The notes under the pieces are model-generated. The model ran no database searches. It was given only the letters and a program-made list of their open reading frames with translations, and was not told the origin of the DNA. A DNA stretch of 64,000 nt from Bispira polyomma (taxonomy: Eukaryota), in contig OZ287755.1 in assembly GCA_965649765.1 (NCBI GenBank), positions 33,356,001 through 33,420,000 on the forward strand, written 5' to 3'. Position 1 is the first letter of the stretch; each line of letters begins with the position of its first letter. The translations under genes were made by a program, and so were the position numbers. Below, in pieces: positions 23,904 to 37,164 of this stretch.

Positions 23904-24410
23904 GTAAGTTCGACCCCTTTAACTAGAACTCTGTTAACCCCTTGACAACCTTGTTCATCGACCAGCAGTTGACGGCCATTTCTACTTGCCAGTGTCATGT
24001 CCTGTCAGCCAGCAGTCGACAGTATATTATACAATTATATAGCTCCTTCAGAACACACAGGAAAACGATCTATGTGGGACAGTGGTTTTAACATAAAAAT
24101 TAATGTATGTTTTAATTTGTGAGTAAATTAATTTTGTTGTAATAAGTGGTTGCAAAAACTTCATTTGTGACGTCCTGACAGTGGGTCAAAGTTTTCCCCT
24201 CAGTACAATAGAATTACTCTCCATCGATGGCTTAGGGGTTAAGTCAAATTCTCTTTTTATGTAGAAAATTTTTTATAGTCTCAGCAAAGACTTCTCATTT
24301 CAAATTTTCCCTGTTAAGTGGAAAATGCTGCTTTAGTAGATGTATTTCTCCTCTTCCCTTGAGGTTCAATGTGATTTTAAAAAAAATCCAGCTTGTGATG
24401 TACCTTGTAG

Positions 24411-24524
24411 GAAATCATTGAGCCTCTACTTCAAGTTCTGGAGCAAACTCAGAAAGAAAAGGATATGAAAGAACTCTACCACAGAGCTACAGTTGTGTAC
24501 CATGGGCTAGTGGCTCCTAGAAAG
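24411..24524 (+). CDS. MYBBP1A: MYBBP1A exon (EIIEPLLQVLEQTQKEKDMKELYHRATVVYHGLVAPRK)
   Basis: ttgtag|GAA; AAG|gtactg; 114 nt, phase 0/0. Confidence 0.88.
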
Positions 24525-25844
24525 GTACTGTAATATAACCTTAATTAAGTGGCAGTCACACTGTTCATGTTGGATAGGACCGCTTACCCCTGATGTGAAG
24601 GGCTTGTGTGATCTGGAGAAAACGTCCAACATCTGGACATAAACTAGTGAGATCGGCATGAACAGAGGCAAAAAAATGTTAAAAATATCTGTAGGTGGTC
24701 GGCTCTGGAAGCACATCTTGTGGGAACTGGAGGAAACGGGTATGGTTGAGCTTAAACGGGACATAAACGGGGCTTAAACTGATCAGAACTTGTGTGATCT
24801 GGCCATAACTGGAGTAATTTGGTGTAATCTGTAGCAAACGTTAAATGAACGTGTGATGAACTTCTTAGATCTGGTCTGCGCATAAGTTTGTCATAAACTG
24901 GGCTAAAATATACTTATTAAAGTTAACTTTTCATGGAAAATGTTTTGTTTTTCAAACAAAATTCCCCATGCTTTAAATCTTTGCTAAACTAAATATTTTA
25001 TCACCAAAAGTTACCATGGTTACTTTACTGAGAATGTATTTTTGATCAATAGAGTAATGAAATATATTTTAGAGAATTCCACTTGGATCTAAGTTTGATA
25101 AAATTCTTGACATCTAATAAGTACATATAATGAGTTTTCACTTGTTTGAGAATACCACCCCCCCCCCAAAAAAAAAAAAGAGGTAGAGTAAGGAATTGAA
25201 AATTCGCCACTCTATCTAGAATTGGCTAACCCTTAAAATTTAAGCCAAATCAATAAAAGTTGGCAAAAGTTCTTTAAAATTTAGGTAAGTGGGGCAATAC
25301 AGTCACAAAAATCTCAATTTCAGCAAATATTACCCACAATTCTACCCAAAACCCAACATTTGTCTAGGTGGCGAATCTTCAGATACATTGGCAAATTTTA
25401 GATTCCTTACTCTATATTTTATGTGAGTGTGTATAATCAAACCAGTGTGCATAAACAGTTACTCACAGGGTCACACAGGTTTAGAGGACTTAAAAAAACG
25501 TGCATGAGCAAATTTTCTGTTTTTGGTACTTTTATAGAAGTCATAGGCTAGAGGAGAGATAAAATAGGTGTTGTTAGAAAGGAATAAATAAAAGCACCTG
25601 CTTTTACAAGTATAATGTGTTCAGTAACCAAGGTTGTCAAATCAAAGAATAGAAAGAGGATTACCTCTTCTTACGCCATAACTTTACTAAGTGGATCATT
25701 TCAGCGGAGAACTGATCACGAGGTGAAACTAATTTTGCAAAATATGAACTGCGATATTATTATTTATTTATTAAAGTGACCTTTACTTTTATATAGTTTA
25801 TGCAGGGGGGGGGGGGGGGAGTGGACATAATATTTTTGCTTTTT

Positions 25845-26110
25845 TTTTGCATTTAAAGGAAAAGTATTGCAGCTATCATCACCAAATTTGTTGTGGAGGT
25901 GTATCATGTCAATAGCTTGCTTGGGATTGTAATTGGGCCCATTTCGAAAAACAAGTCGGCCTCCAAGGCCACCATCTTGAAAACGGTTTCTGGACATTTA
26001 AAGGAAAAGTATTGCAGCTATCATCAACAATTTGTTAAGGTGTATCATGTCAAGGGCTTGGTTGGGATTGTATTGGGCCCCATTCCGAAAAACAAGATGG
26101 CCGCCACGGC
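25845..26110. repeat. Two ~148-bp units of a dispersed satellite/Helitron-associated family (AAGTATTGCAGCTATCATC...AAAACAAG..GGCC.CC)
   Basis: Direct repeat at ~25852 and ~25995. Confidence 0.65.
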
Positions 26111-26546
26111 CAGACTACTGTACAACTGTTGACAAAGCATTCATAGGGTGGACATTACACATGATAATGTGTTTTCTTCTATGCTATCCTGTTTCTTTTC
26201 ATATGTTGCAGCTACTCTTAACAGGGTATGCTATTTCTAGTTCTTTAGCTAGATATTCCCCCTGTATTTCTAGTTTTAGGTTTGGAATGTCTTATTTGTT
26301 GCTATGTTTCTTGGCCAGCTTACATTTTGAAAAAACAGTGAAAGCCCCTTTTAAGCAGAGGTCTCTTAAGTCAATTTTGCTTTCCTTTTGAGACAAAATC
26401 TATTGTCTATAGAAGGGATTTTTCTTTAAAAAGATGCCCTGTTTTGTGGAAAGCATGGTTTAGCAAAAAATGCCCTGTTTTGTGGAAAGCCTGGTTTAGC
26501 ATAAACGTTTACTTCTACTAAACCTGGATTCTCTTTATGTTTACAG

Positions 26547-26622
26547 TTGACCAATACTGAAGACTGTGATAAATCTGAGTTATCCGACCGAATACAGGAG
26601 TTGGTAACATTGTCCACTAAAG
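26547..26622 (+). CDS. MYBBP1A: MYBBP1A exon (LTNTEDCDKSELSDRIQELVTLSTK)
   Basis: ttacag|TTG; G|gtaaac; phase 1. Confidence 0.85.
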
Positions 26623-26929
26623 GTAAACTCACAAATGTGTTTATTATTAATATAGAAGGCATTAATTACCAGGGTTATGTTTATTACAAATCTGTCAAAT
26701 CGAGGAAAAAGAAATTTCTATTTATTTGCAAGAAGTATCAAAAATTCAAACCTCTTTAAGTATAATTCTGATAAGTGAAATTATGTGTTAGAAGTTATTT
26801 TAAGGTCCTTTTGCTATATTTCTAATTAAAATTTACCCTGTTAAGTAGAAGTTCTGTTGTTAAGTAGAACCCATTTTTATGGTCTTTTCAGATTAGACTT
26901 AAAATGGTTTTACTGTACTTTATTTTGCC

Positions 26930-27262
26930 ATTGCTATAGTAACTGTTGTGTCAATGGTTCTAGAAGCCATCCTGTTTGTAATCCCTTTCTGTTGCTGTAG
27001 TAATTGGTGTGCCGATGGTTCTGGAGGTGGGTAAATCCATCCTGTTTGTAATACCTTTCAGTTGCTATAGTAACTGGTGTGCCAATGGTTCTGGAGGTGG
27101 GTAAAGCCATCCTGTTTGTAATCCCTTTTGTTGCTATAGTAACTGGTGTGCCGATGGTTCTGGAGGTGGGTAAAGCCATCCTGTTTGTAATCCCTTTCTG
27201 TTGCTATAGTAACTGGTGTCCCGATGGTTCTGGAAGTGGGTAAAGCCATCCTGTTTGTGATC
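26930..27262 (+). repeat. 61-70-bp tandem repeat (5 units), each containing the 3' splice site TTGCT(A/G)TAG|TAA and the start of the exon
   Basis: Acceptor copies precede 26940, 27001, 27071, 27140 and 27210. Confidence 0.95.
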
Positions 27263-27358
27263 CGTGTGATGCTGGGAATGGACAACAATGTGGCGCCACT
27301 TTCTCTGTGTCCTTTTATAAAGAAACCAAAGTTTGAAGCAAATGAGTCCAAGAAACAG
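27210..27358 (+). CDS. MYBBP1A: MYBBP1A exon (VTGVPMVLEVGKAILFVIRVMLG...KFEANESKKQ)
   Basis: Only the last acceptor keeps the frame open; CAG|gtaata donor. Confidence 0.85.
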
Positions 27359-28042
27359 GTAATAATACATTTGTTTACTTTGTTACTTCGAGGGGTCGCG
27401 GTGGCCTATTGGTAAGAAGCATTTGATTCACAATCACTGACCCTCTCACTAATGTGGGTTCAAATACTGTTCATTCATTGCCTTGAGTTTGTGGTCCTAA
27501 TGCCTTCAATCGTCATAAATATGTGGAATCGTATCATATCATGATTTCGAATGGGATGTTCTAATCTTAGAGAATGACAGATTAAAAAGTATTGCCCAAA
27601 TCTTGAGTGTAATTTTGTATATGTGTTGTATATGTATCAGAAATGTATGTGTATTCATGTACATGTATTAACAAATGTCTTGTATTAATAATTAATAGTG
27701 CTCAGTGCTGGGAAAGATCTGTTCTATATATTTTAATAAACTTAATTTGGGTTCATCATAAATTTGTTTAGGAGTTATAAGAGAAAGCTTACATTTGTCA
27801 ATTAACGTATGTTTTAAGTGACTTGTGAGCCCATATAGGGCTGGGTACCTGTATGTGTAATCTGTCATTGTGTAATTTACTATATCATGATTCTACATGT
27901 CCCTATAATTAATAAATAAAATAATTAATATTAATTATGTATCAGTGTCTATTTAGTAATAATGGAAACAATTGAACATTACAGGGCTATTAAATTAACC
28001 AGTTATGTACGTAATTCATATTTGTATTTATTTTCTCTATAG

Positions 28043-28110
28043 GACTTGTCAAACTTAGAAAAGGTATACGGCGTATTGAGAAGATCTGTCCAAGATTATT
28101 GTCAGAAAAG
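28043..28110 (+). CDS. MYBBP1A: MYBBP1A exon (DLSNLEKVYGVLRRSVQDYCQK-R)
   Basis: ctatag|GAC; AG|gtacaa. Confidence 0.85.
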
Positions 28111-29413
28111 GTACAAAAGCTAATTGTATTAAAGAAATCTGTCACAATCTATTAGTTTCACTGTTACTCAAAACAATCTAAAAAAAAAAACTCCCTAGTT
28201 AAATGACCTATTACCTGATATTTGTTTAGGGTGTGTGTATATTTAAATGTACATATCAGTTCCATTCAGTCAAAGCCATTGAGTCAACAATTTGTCACAC
28301 ATGTAATTAAGTCATTTTAACTGTGAATAGAAACATTTACCCCTTATTGGTTACAGAAAAGAGAGGGGACAGCAATACATACACAATTCCCCTCCCCCCC
28401 CAAACTGGGAACATGTGTACATGTAATCTTATGTAATAATACTTTGCTAGTGTTTATAGTTCATTCAGAAAGAAAATGGTTAAGTTCTTTTCTGAAAGTT
28501 GTGACACTTTTCTCATTAAGCTTCTGATTTAAGTAAACATGAAATATATATTAAAAAAAAAATGTAAAGACCCTGATGTACAAAAGAGTTAAAGAAGTAT
28601 TACACAGAAATTTATGTGGCTTTATGTATGATGAATTGCAGTGTCATTTTGTGAACGATAGATATATATGAATGTATCTGAAAGATTTAAGTTCTGTTAC
28701 TTATAAAGGTGAACTTTTAGGATGGCGATATATTGATCTATTCCAGTGAAAAAAACAGTATGTGTTGCAATTAATTGGATCATGATACTTTTGCAAAAAT
28801 TAAGGCGAGTTTTAAATTCAAATGAGTTCAGCCCATGTACAAAAATAGGCTTGCACAGTTAAAGTTTGAATCAATGATCTTGGAAGAAACTGTAAAAATA
28901 ATGAAAATTTTAATTATATTTAATATATTCAGTGTAGACTGCTTATATTGCTTAAATGCTACTGATGATTTTGCTGACAATACCTTATTTCTAGAACACT
29001 AAGAAGGGAGTGATATTCTAAGATTTTATGTAAAAATGATGTATCCAATACATATTGCCTTTCAAATTTCATATTGCAATATTTTGTATTGCAAAAATAT
29101 ATTTGGATATGTTGAGTTTTTCAAAATATTTCTACACCCGTACTTGCAATTGTGTTTAGTTCACGTGCCAGACGTTAGAGTAAGGAATCTAAAATTTGCC
29201 ACGGTATCTGAAATTCGCCACACCACCTAAAATTTATGCCAAATCAACAAAAACTAAGGGAAAATAACTGGAATTTAGGTAGTAGGTAAGGCGAACTAGT
29301 CACAAAAATCTTGTATTTCAAAAAATATTACCCACAATTCTAACAAAAACACAACTTTTTCTAGGTGGCAAATTTTCGATTCCTCACTCCGATATACTTT
29401 TTGTCTCATTTAG

Positions 29414-29537
29414 GGAGAGTTTGTTGAATCACATGTTGTTTCATGAGATCCTGGAGAAGCAGACTGTGTTGATGTGGCCTCTGATGCAGGACTTACTACA
29501 ACTAGCCCAGGACCCTAACATTAGGGTCTTCTGTAGG
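29414..29537 (+). CDS. MYBBP1A: MYBBP1A exon (ESLLNHMLFHEILEKQTVLMWPLMQDLLQLAQDPNIRVFCR)
   Basis: atttag|G; AGG|gtaggt; phase matches. Confidence 0.85.
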
Positions 29538-29932
29538 GTAGGTCTCAAATCTGCCCTCCCAGGGCTCCACCGTATTCAAAAACAGTCTTTCTTAGAATGC
29601 AATTTTAGCCAAACATATTCTTTGAAACAATAGCTTTAGCCAATCAAATTGGTCGAGACAAAGATTTAAGAATTTGATATATTTGTGAATATTAGCCCTG
29701 AAATCCTATGCCTGATATATGTTTACATTAAAAGCATCAAAACATGTTACTTTTTTTAATGGACTTGAATTTGGAATTAAAGTCTTTGTATTTCCTTTAT
29801 TTAATGAATCAATCAATATGTGCTTCCTGAGATTCTCCAAGCAGGAAATAAATACATATTGTCATTAATATTTAGTATTTGCTGTTCCATGTATAAATAC
29901 AATAAAGTCCATTCTATGACCTTGTATTTTAG

Positions 29933-29977
29933 ACACACGTGTGCTCTATGATGGCAACTATGATATCTAAAAACACA
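29933..29977 (+). CDS. MYBBP1A: MYBBP1A exon (THVCSMMATMISKNT)
   Basis: ttttag|ACA; ACA|gtaagt; 45 nt. Confidence 0.78.
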
Positions 29978-31371
29978 GTAAGTAGGAGAACATGTTCTCT
30001 AATGTAATATTGGGCAATATATATAAAATGGAACCTCTAGTATCAAGAAATGTGTGTTGCTCCTACCTTGTTATCTTACTTGGTCTGCCAAAGCTTTCCC
30101 TCCCTAGTATTCAGTATAGCATCTCCTGGGATACGACCACCTTCTGGAAAAGGACGTTACGAGACTTGATAGTGATTATGATATCTGCGCCTTAGAATCC
30201 ACCTTTTTTGAGAGTTAAGCACAATAAAAGTTAAATTTAATTAGCTTTTTATCTAAACATGTTGGAAGAAAAAGATTTTTTTTTTCGAAAAATAGAAGCT
30301 TCATCAAATTAAAAAAGAGAAATTTATCTGTATAAAACAATAGGAAAAAATACATTCGAAAATAAGTTTTTTTAATACATGTGTATTAAATAGTCGGAAA
30401 AACAGAAGTTTGGATAATAGAGGTTCCACTGTACTAGTTTTTCAGCTGATGACTGCTGTTAGGGGCCTTGGTTACCTACTGTACACAGAATATGTGTACA
30501 TTGTAGATGTGAAGAGAATACTACAATTGTGCTGTATAAGATCAGTGAGAAAAAAATATCAATCAATACTTGTAGGCATCTAGTTGCTGTGTTTATATGG
30601 GCTATGGGGCCTTGCCCATTTAGCTCATACAGTAACATGGTGAACGTTTAGGGGACTGGAGTTCTGTGGATCACAGTAATGTAGTCACTAACACTCTTGC
30701 TTCCGACTGCTGTGGTCGGGATTTTGATTCTTGAGCCTGAGCATTCATATGGGAAAGTTGGCAGTAGACATGCTGAAGGTTGGTGGTTTGCAGTTGGTTA
30801 CGCAGTTGGTTACAGTTGGTTACGCTGTACTGCTTTTCTCTATACTGCTTTTCTCCACCAATAAACTACCTGTTGTAATATAAAACACTCAGCTATTTAA
30901 AGCAATGTTAAAACAACAAATAAGAGTCCCTGCTACTTGTGTATATTAAGCTCACCTCAGACTCATGATCAAAGTGTGAAATACCCATATCTCTGGATAG
31001 GAAGAAGTTAAGTACAATCTGACTGTATATTTGATATTCAGTGCTAAAGGCTCTATTAAAATGAAAGGTCAAAAGTACAAGTTATTACATCATTTGAGTT
31101 GAGTTTGAGTTTCTTTGGAGAATATGGTTCCCTAAATCTTCCATTACGGGAAATTTTCCTCGGAAAAGTGCACACTTTTATAACAGCCCACCCCCAATTG
31201 TCTATAAATGATAATGCTGTTAAAATTTTTAAAACAATAACCACATTCTCAGTTAAGAGTCCTCCCACCCCTCCTACTATATTTTGAGTCTAAGTAAAAA
31301 GCTCATGGACTTTACAGTGAGAGTTAAGGGGCACAAGTGTTCAACTGTGTTTATTTTAACTATATATATAA

Positions 31372-31570
31372 GGGGCCACAGATGCCTAGTGGCTTCACAA
31401 TCACTGGCCTGTCACCAATGTGGGTTCGAATCCTGCTTGTTCCTTATTGTGGGTAAGTTTGTCAGGTACTTGCTGTGGGCTGGTTGTTTACAGTGTTTTA
31501 GCACTTTTTTCTTCCACCCGTAACATCTGAAAACTGTAATATGACCTAAAAGTGATATAAAACCAAACTA
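31372..31570 (+). mobile_element. tRNA-derived SINE; related copies at ~8185-8315, 27392-27480, 30690-30920, 31580-31730, 34340-34450 plus 34840-34900
   Basis: A box TGCCTAGTGG, CACAATCACTGGCCT, B box GGTTCGAATCC, shared body AAGTTTGTCAGGTACTT. Confidence 0.75.
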
Positions 31571-31767
31571 AATTCCATCTCAATCCTGTTTGTTTCTTCA
31601 TGTAAGAAAGTTTATCAGGTACCTACTGTAGACCAGTGGTTTACAGACAGTGCTTTAGCACTGGTTTCTTTCACCCTTAAAATCTGTCCCTCGTAATATG
31701 ACCTGAAAGGGACATATAACCCTACTAAATTCAAAGTCAAACTAAATGTTAAACTGTGTATATATAG

Positions 31768-31833
31768 GTGAGTACATTAGGAGAGGAGGGATGGAAGGAG
31801 AGTGCTTCAGAAATTACTGCCAGACTCGCTCAG
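31768..31833 (+). CDS. MYBBP1A: MYBBP1A exon (VSTLGEEGWKESASEITARLAQ)
   Basis: atatag|GTG; CAG|gtaaac; 66 nt; weak pyrimidine tract. Confidence 0.7.
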
Positions 31834-32265
31834 GTAAACACAGGACATTTGTTTATTTTATAAAATGTTGCTATATTACTGTAATGTCACAGTTTACAAA
31901 GAAATGAACAAATTGGGCCACATAAAATTGTATTTACTGATGATACCAAACAGAGTGTTCTCACTGTTTTGTGGTAGAGATTTATGGAACAAAATATAAA
32001 ATTACATATTAAGTTTAATAAAAGTAAATGAAATATATTATAGTATATTTATTTGGGTTGTTAAATGTAAATAATAAGCTAATTCAATACTCAATACTTT
32101 GTTTACAGATTTACATTGTGATATCACAATTAATGGAATGTTTTCAAATCAAAACTTTACTGTATTTTCCAGTCATTTAACAGATACTATTTTCTTAGAG
32201 GTTTACATAAAATTACTTTAAATTTACTAAAAAGATGATGTATATTGTTTTATGTTTATTTTCAG

Positions 32266-32373
32266 ACTTTTAATGCCGCCTTGGAAGAGAAACATAAGAA
32301 ACCGAAGTTTATACACGATGTCTTGTTAGTACTCCACAAAGTGTTCCAGTTTTCATCTGAAGAACTCCTAGAG
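32266..32373 (+). CDS. MYBBP1A: MYBBP1A exon (TFNAALEEKHKKPKFIHDVLLVLHKVFQFSSEELLE)
   Basis: tttcag|ACT; GAG|gtacat; 108 nt. Confidence 0.82.
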
Positions 32374-33227
32374 GTACATTAGAACCTCTATTATCTGAAT
32401 TTTTAATAACCAAACTATTACCCAAATATTTAAATATTTATAAGCTCGATTTCCACTCTTCCCAAATTCATGCTTTCCTATTTATTTCATGCAGAAATGA
32501 GTTCAGTTTTCTGAGCCTTCTAATTATCCGAACAAAAATCAATTATATTTCTACCTTTTAAAATGTTGAGATTGCCATTAGCAATATTAACTTTATACAT
32601 GTAGTTAAAATAAATAGATATATCATAATAGATCTGTAGTAATAATATAACCTTTGGCCCTTTATATTAAATTTTAATATTCAAATGCCCTAGTAATAGA
32701 TTGAAACTTTGTTTGAACAATGGAAGATTCATACAAAATGATTTGGAATGATGTATACAACTATTGTAAAATAACATTTTTGATGATTAGAAATGGGTTA
32801 TTAAAGTGACATATGCAGACAACACACTTACTACTGTAGGATTATATGAATGTACGGCTACGGCACCCTTCACCATGTGAAGCGTGAAAGGGAGTTGCGC
32901 CCCTTGCCACCGGATGCTACGGGGTGGGTTAATACTCAATCTGGTTGCTTGCTGATCAACCAGCTGTTAACCCCCCTACCCTTACGACCTTGCTATGCCC
33001 ATGGACTTTACGATTGGATCACTGATTCTGCTGTTGCGCTTTAGAAGATGCCTGGCATCAATAAAGCGCGTTAAAAATGCATTATTATTATTATTATATT
33101 ATAATGTTAACCACAGTGCAATATTACCATTTAATATTTCTTTTCCTTGTATTTTTTTCTTTTGTTGTTGTAACTTGGTCAGCTTTGTTAACTATGTAAC
33201 TATGTTGTTATCTTTGTTGTTCTATAG

Positions 33228-33337
33228 CAAATTCTACCAGATTCATTCTTGGAAAACATAGACTCGGCAAAAGACAAGTTAAAAACCAGGGACTTGAAAG
33301 GCATTAGCAACAAGTTGTCCCAGTTAATTAGAAGAAG
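33228..33337 (+). CDS. MYBBP1A: MYBBP1A exon (QILPDSFLENIDSAKDKLKTRDLKGISNKLSQLIRR-R)
   Basis: ctatag|CAA; AG|gtttgt. Confidence 0.82.
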
Positions 33338-34459
33338 GTTTGTACTGCAGTAATTTAAATATATTTAGTCACACTAATTGATTTGTATTAAAAGACTTTT
33401 GTCCAGACTAAATGATGTAATACTATTAAAGAAAGAATTGAAAACTAAAATTTATAAAATTTTGTTATTTAAAATAATTATAGGTCTCAATTTCTAACAG
33501 ATGAATCTGTCAAGTGAGCCAAAATGAAGGCAACACCCAACTAACTTTAATTTAGCAAAATTTTGTTATGTGTATACAAATTATTGATGTCATCACTAGT
33601 CAAAAGTGGCATCACAATATCACCAAATTTTCATGATGATTTCATGATGATATCACAATAATATCACGATTAAAGTTATGTAAGTAAAATCCTTTTTCTA
33701 AATTTTTTTTTGGCTTTATTTATTTACATTGTGAGGTTTTTTGTTATCATTTTAATACCAACATTTTTATGCTCTACTTGGTCACGTTTCTCCTATTTTA
33801 TCTGTTATAACATTGCTCTAAAATTAGTGAACTTGTGCATGAAATTTAGTGGTTTGTTTCCAAAAGTACCTAAAACAAAAAGTAATTTGGAAGTCCCCAC
33901 AATATCACGATTTCAAAACTGTAATCACGATACCTTAACTTATACCTTCTCTCGATGATGTCACAATATCGTGGTACACAATGGCGTCTCTCTAATACAA
34001 GTGCATCATGGGATGTCTCACACTTCATTATTTAAGAAATGATGAATCTCCCTTCATATGGAGATATTCAATTGTGACTTTGTTAACTGCTCCAATAGGT
34101 AGCATCAGAAATGTTTAATAAAAGTGTTCATATAATAATGGTGTTTAAGTTTCTTGCAAGTACAGTAGATAATCCATTCTATAATCCATCTCCCAAGTTT
34201 ATGCCATCCAAATCTTCAAAGTTCTTATCCCATTTTCTACATGGCTAAACATGTACATATTTACATGGTCAGACAAAAATAACTGTTTTTATGAACCTTC
34301 ATATACCTGGACAAAACCGGAATCACGTTAGCTTTACAATCACCAGCCTCTCACGAATATTGGTTTGAATTCTGTTTGTTCCTTCGTGTGGAAAAGTTTT
34401 GACAGGTACTTTCCATAGGCTGGTGGTTTACAAGTGCTTCCACCATTCTCTCCAGTCCA

Positions 34460-34840
34460 TGTACATCAACCTGCCTACTTATCATCTATGCTGTCTTTCA
34501 GTAATCTCACCAGAGGCAATCGTCTCTCCACCTCTGGTTTCCTACCAAAAAAACAAGCTGGTTCAAAATCATTCTTAGTTGTAGCACCTGCTGAGTGGAA
34601 TAGCCTCCCTACCAATCTTCGGACTGAGACGAGCATCATGGGTTTTAGATAAAGGCTCCAAACCCATCTGTATCAGCTCGCATTTTCACCCTAGCATGCA
34701 CCTGGTGGTCACGACTGAATCTCTGATCACGAACCTTTTTCCGTCTACCGGACTATGCTCTTGCACACTTACTAGCATATGCGCCACAGAGGATTCCTGG
34801 TCATCGATTGTGGCGCTATAGAAGTAAAAACATTAACATT
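34460..34840 (+). mobile_element. L2-type LINE 3' fragment inserted into a SINE
   Basis: QPAYLSSML...SFLVVAPAEWNSLPTNLR...GFR*RLQTHLY, a typical L2/CR1 ORF2 C-terminus, then an (AACATT) tail; SINE halves flank it. Confidence 0.75.
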
Positions 34841-34961
34841 GAATCTGGCCGTCATGATTTGACCTGGGCTGTTGAAAGTGCCGTAAAACCGACCTCAATT
34901 CAAAACCTAAGTGTTCAGAATATAGAAAAAGTTTTACTGCATTAGATTGTTTACTTTTTAG

Positions 34962-35048
34962 GTTACACATTGAACACAACCAGTCTAGAAGGAGAGAAAA
35001 GAAAAAGAGAAAACAAAAACTCCGGGAACAGGCTGAAGAGGCTAAAAA
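34962..35048 (+). CDS. MYBBP1A: MYBBP1A exon (LHIEHNQSRRREKKKRKQKLREQAEEAK-K)
   Basis: ttttag|G; AA|gtttgt; basic NLS-like stretch; phases fit both neighbours. Confidence 0.78.
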
Positions 35049-35824
35049 GTTTGTACAGCTATTTTAGAAGTGATCATTGTCTATGGACTGGACAAGATCT
35101 TTAACTGTTATTTTAGATAAGTTTGTTAGTGTATTAGGCATTATAGAGGCTGCTATATTACATTGTTAGTTAGCAGGACTGTGTAAAAACTATTTGAACC
35201 GACTTAGACAAAACTTTGTCCAGAGCATATTGGCCAAGGTTGAAACTATATAAATATGGTCGGAGATCTCGATAAAGCTGATTGAGTACTACATGCTCTA
35301 TGTCTACTTTAGTGGCTACTTTATATCTAGAAATTACTACAAAATGGATGTTTTTAGTGAAATGAGTTATTTGATTTACTTTTTATTGTTCTATCAGATG
35401 GCCCACTTTAGGAGGTCTAGGTGTGTGGGTTTTGTACCCCATGGTAGAGACAGAGTGCTATTGTTATCATTGTTGATGTTTTTTTTTTTTTTTCAAGTTA
35501 ATATTTCACACAGTATCTCATTTTGACTGGGATTCAGTGTGGTCATAACTTTTTCCTTATAGTGAACTTTCAACTAAACCGATTTACATGAAATTTGGTG
35601 GAGTGATAAGGCATGGCATAAGGAAGAATGCAGTATATTTTAGAGTGGATTCAGGTAGCAGGGTGGAGCCAAGTAAAGTTGACCCTAACGTTTTCTAAAC
35701 CTTCTATTATCCGAACAAAACCTTGGTCTTGAAATAATGTTCAGAAAGTAGAGGATCTACTGTAAAAGAAAGATGTCTGTTAATCCTTGACATAATGTGT
35801 GTATGGCTTTTATAATTGATACAG

Positions 35825-36050
35825 GTTAAAACTGAGCGATTCTATAGACAACACTATGGATGACAGTGATGGAACTGACAGTGACACAGAAACAGCCGTG
35901 ACTAATCATAAAGAGGCTGATGTGTCATCATCTGGTAAAAAGAATGTCTCCCACGCTCTTGAGAATGGTGAAGTAGACTCGAACACTGTTGTGAGTGAAA
36001 GGAAGAATCACAAGAACAAAAAGAATAAACAGAAAACAAGTGACCTGTAA
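35825..36050 (+). CDS. MYBBP1A: MYBBP1A last coding exon (LKLSDSIDNTMDDSDG...KNKKNKQKTSDL*)
   Basis: atacag|G; in frame with track ORF 35856-36050; TAA stop. Confidence 0.8.
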
Positions 36051-36306
36051 AATCTAAACAAAGGAAGTAAATATATAAAAGTACATATGTAATTTTAGTA
36101 AACTATACAGTCAGACCTGCACTGAACACTCACACAAGGCCTGGGGCAAAAGTGTTTGCTATACAGGGGTTTTTATAGCGAAATACTACTACCATTTCCT
36201 AATATAGCTATATGTTGGAGCCATCAAACTCATTGGCCAGTGAAGACATGCAAAAAGTGTTTGCTATACGGAGGTGTTCGTTATTCAGAGGTTTTACTGT
36301 ACAATA

Positions 36307-36459
36307 TACCAAAATCATTCGCAGAAGCACCCATGTTTACATTCTACGTGACATTTAATTTTGATTTCTAAGACCCCGTGCTCGCGTAATCGCACACCCT
36401 CAGTTTTACTAAAATTTCGACGTATTGCTCAGTGGGCGTTTCCGCGGATGATTTTGGTA
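36307..36459. mobile_element. 153-bp MITE with ~27-bp TIR (TACCAAAATCAT.CGC.GAA.C.CCCA); another end at 56835-56861
   Basis: Inverted termini visible. Confidence 0.7.
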
Positions 36460-37164
36460 CACTGTTGGCAAACAGGACTGGCAAAAAAGTGTTCATGATA
36501 AAGTTTTTACTGGGTAAATGGCAAATGTGTACGTATTATTATAATTAGAACAGTGTATACTGTATAGCTACTGATGGATTTGTTTTTGTTGAAAAATCAT
36601 CCCAACCTCCCGATTTTTTCGCTCCCTGACCAATAAACAGACGTCTGCTGACATCTAATCGGATCTGACGAATATCTGATGAAAGGAGGCACTTCATAAC
36701 ATCAAATAGTGACCAATGAATTCGGCCAGCGTTTGCCAGCAAAAATCAGCTTAAAGGAAGTCTAAGCTTAACAGGATAAATTTTAATTAGAAATATCGCA
36801 ATGTGACCTTAACTTCTAATTGACAGGTAATTTCACTTCTCAGAGTACACTGAAGGAAAACGCTTGTAGATAGAGAATGAACCCAAATGTATGTCAATTA
36901 TAGAATGTTTTAATACCACAATTTTTGATGGTGTAGGTTAATTTAGTTTGTTTTGTATAATTTTAACAGTGTAAATGATTTCAAGTACATAATTTGTTGT
37001 ACATGTATTTCTTAAACTTTATTACTTGTTAAATACAGCAAGATAAATCATGTTTAAAAGCCAGTAGATTAGAATACTGGCAGTAAATTGTTAATGATTG
37101 ATAAACAATTATAAAAATTATAAATACAAGGATGCAAATTGTAAAAATTTTATTGTAACTTAAT

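Larger units (their letters stand above)
2772..36050 (+). other. MYBBP1A: Gene span (5'-partial): Myb-binding protein 1A homolog, 13 visible coding exons
   Basis: Exons join in consistent phase with GT-AG introns. Peptide ...SEMEKLDGALAAAFK...HYKMRCLDLLEVLV...EIIEPLLQVL...AILFVIRVMLG... matches the recalled MYBBP1A/Pol5 segment (MMALDQSLASLF...FQIRVLDLVEVLV...LELLEPLL); basic K-rich C-terminus. Confidence 0.88.

Noticed and set aside
24570-24905. Loosely periodic GATCTGG/AACTGG-rich segment after a MYBBP1A exon
   Set aside because: No clear unit, termini or coding signal; probably a decayed repeat interior
26934-27370. Minus-strand ORFs with repeated peptides (26934-27179, 27058-27351, 27134-27370)
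   Set aside because: Antisense translations of the 70-bp acceptor repeat and the MYBBP1A exon
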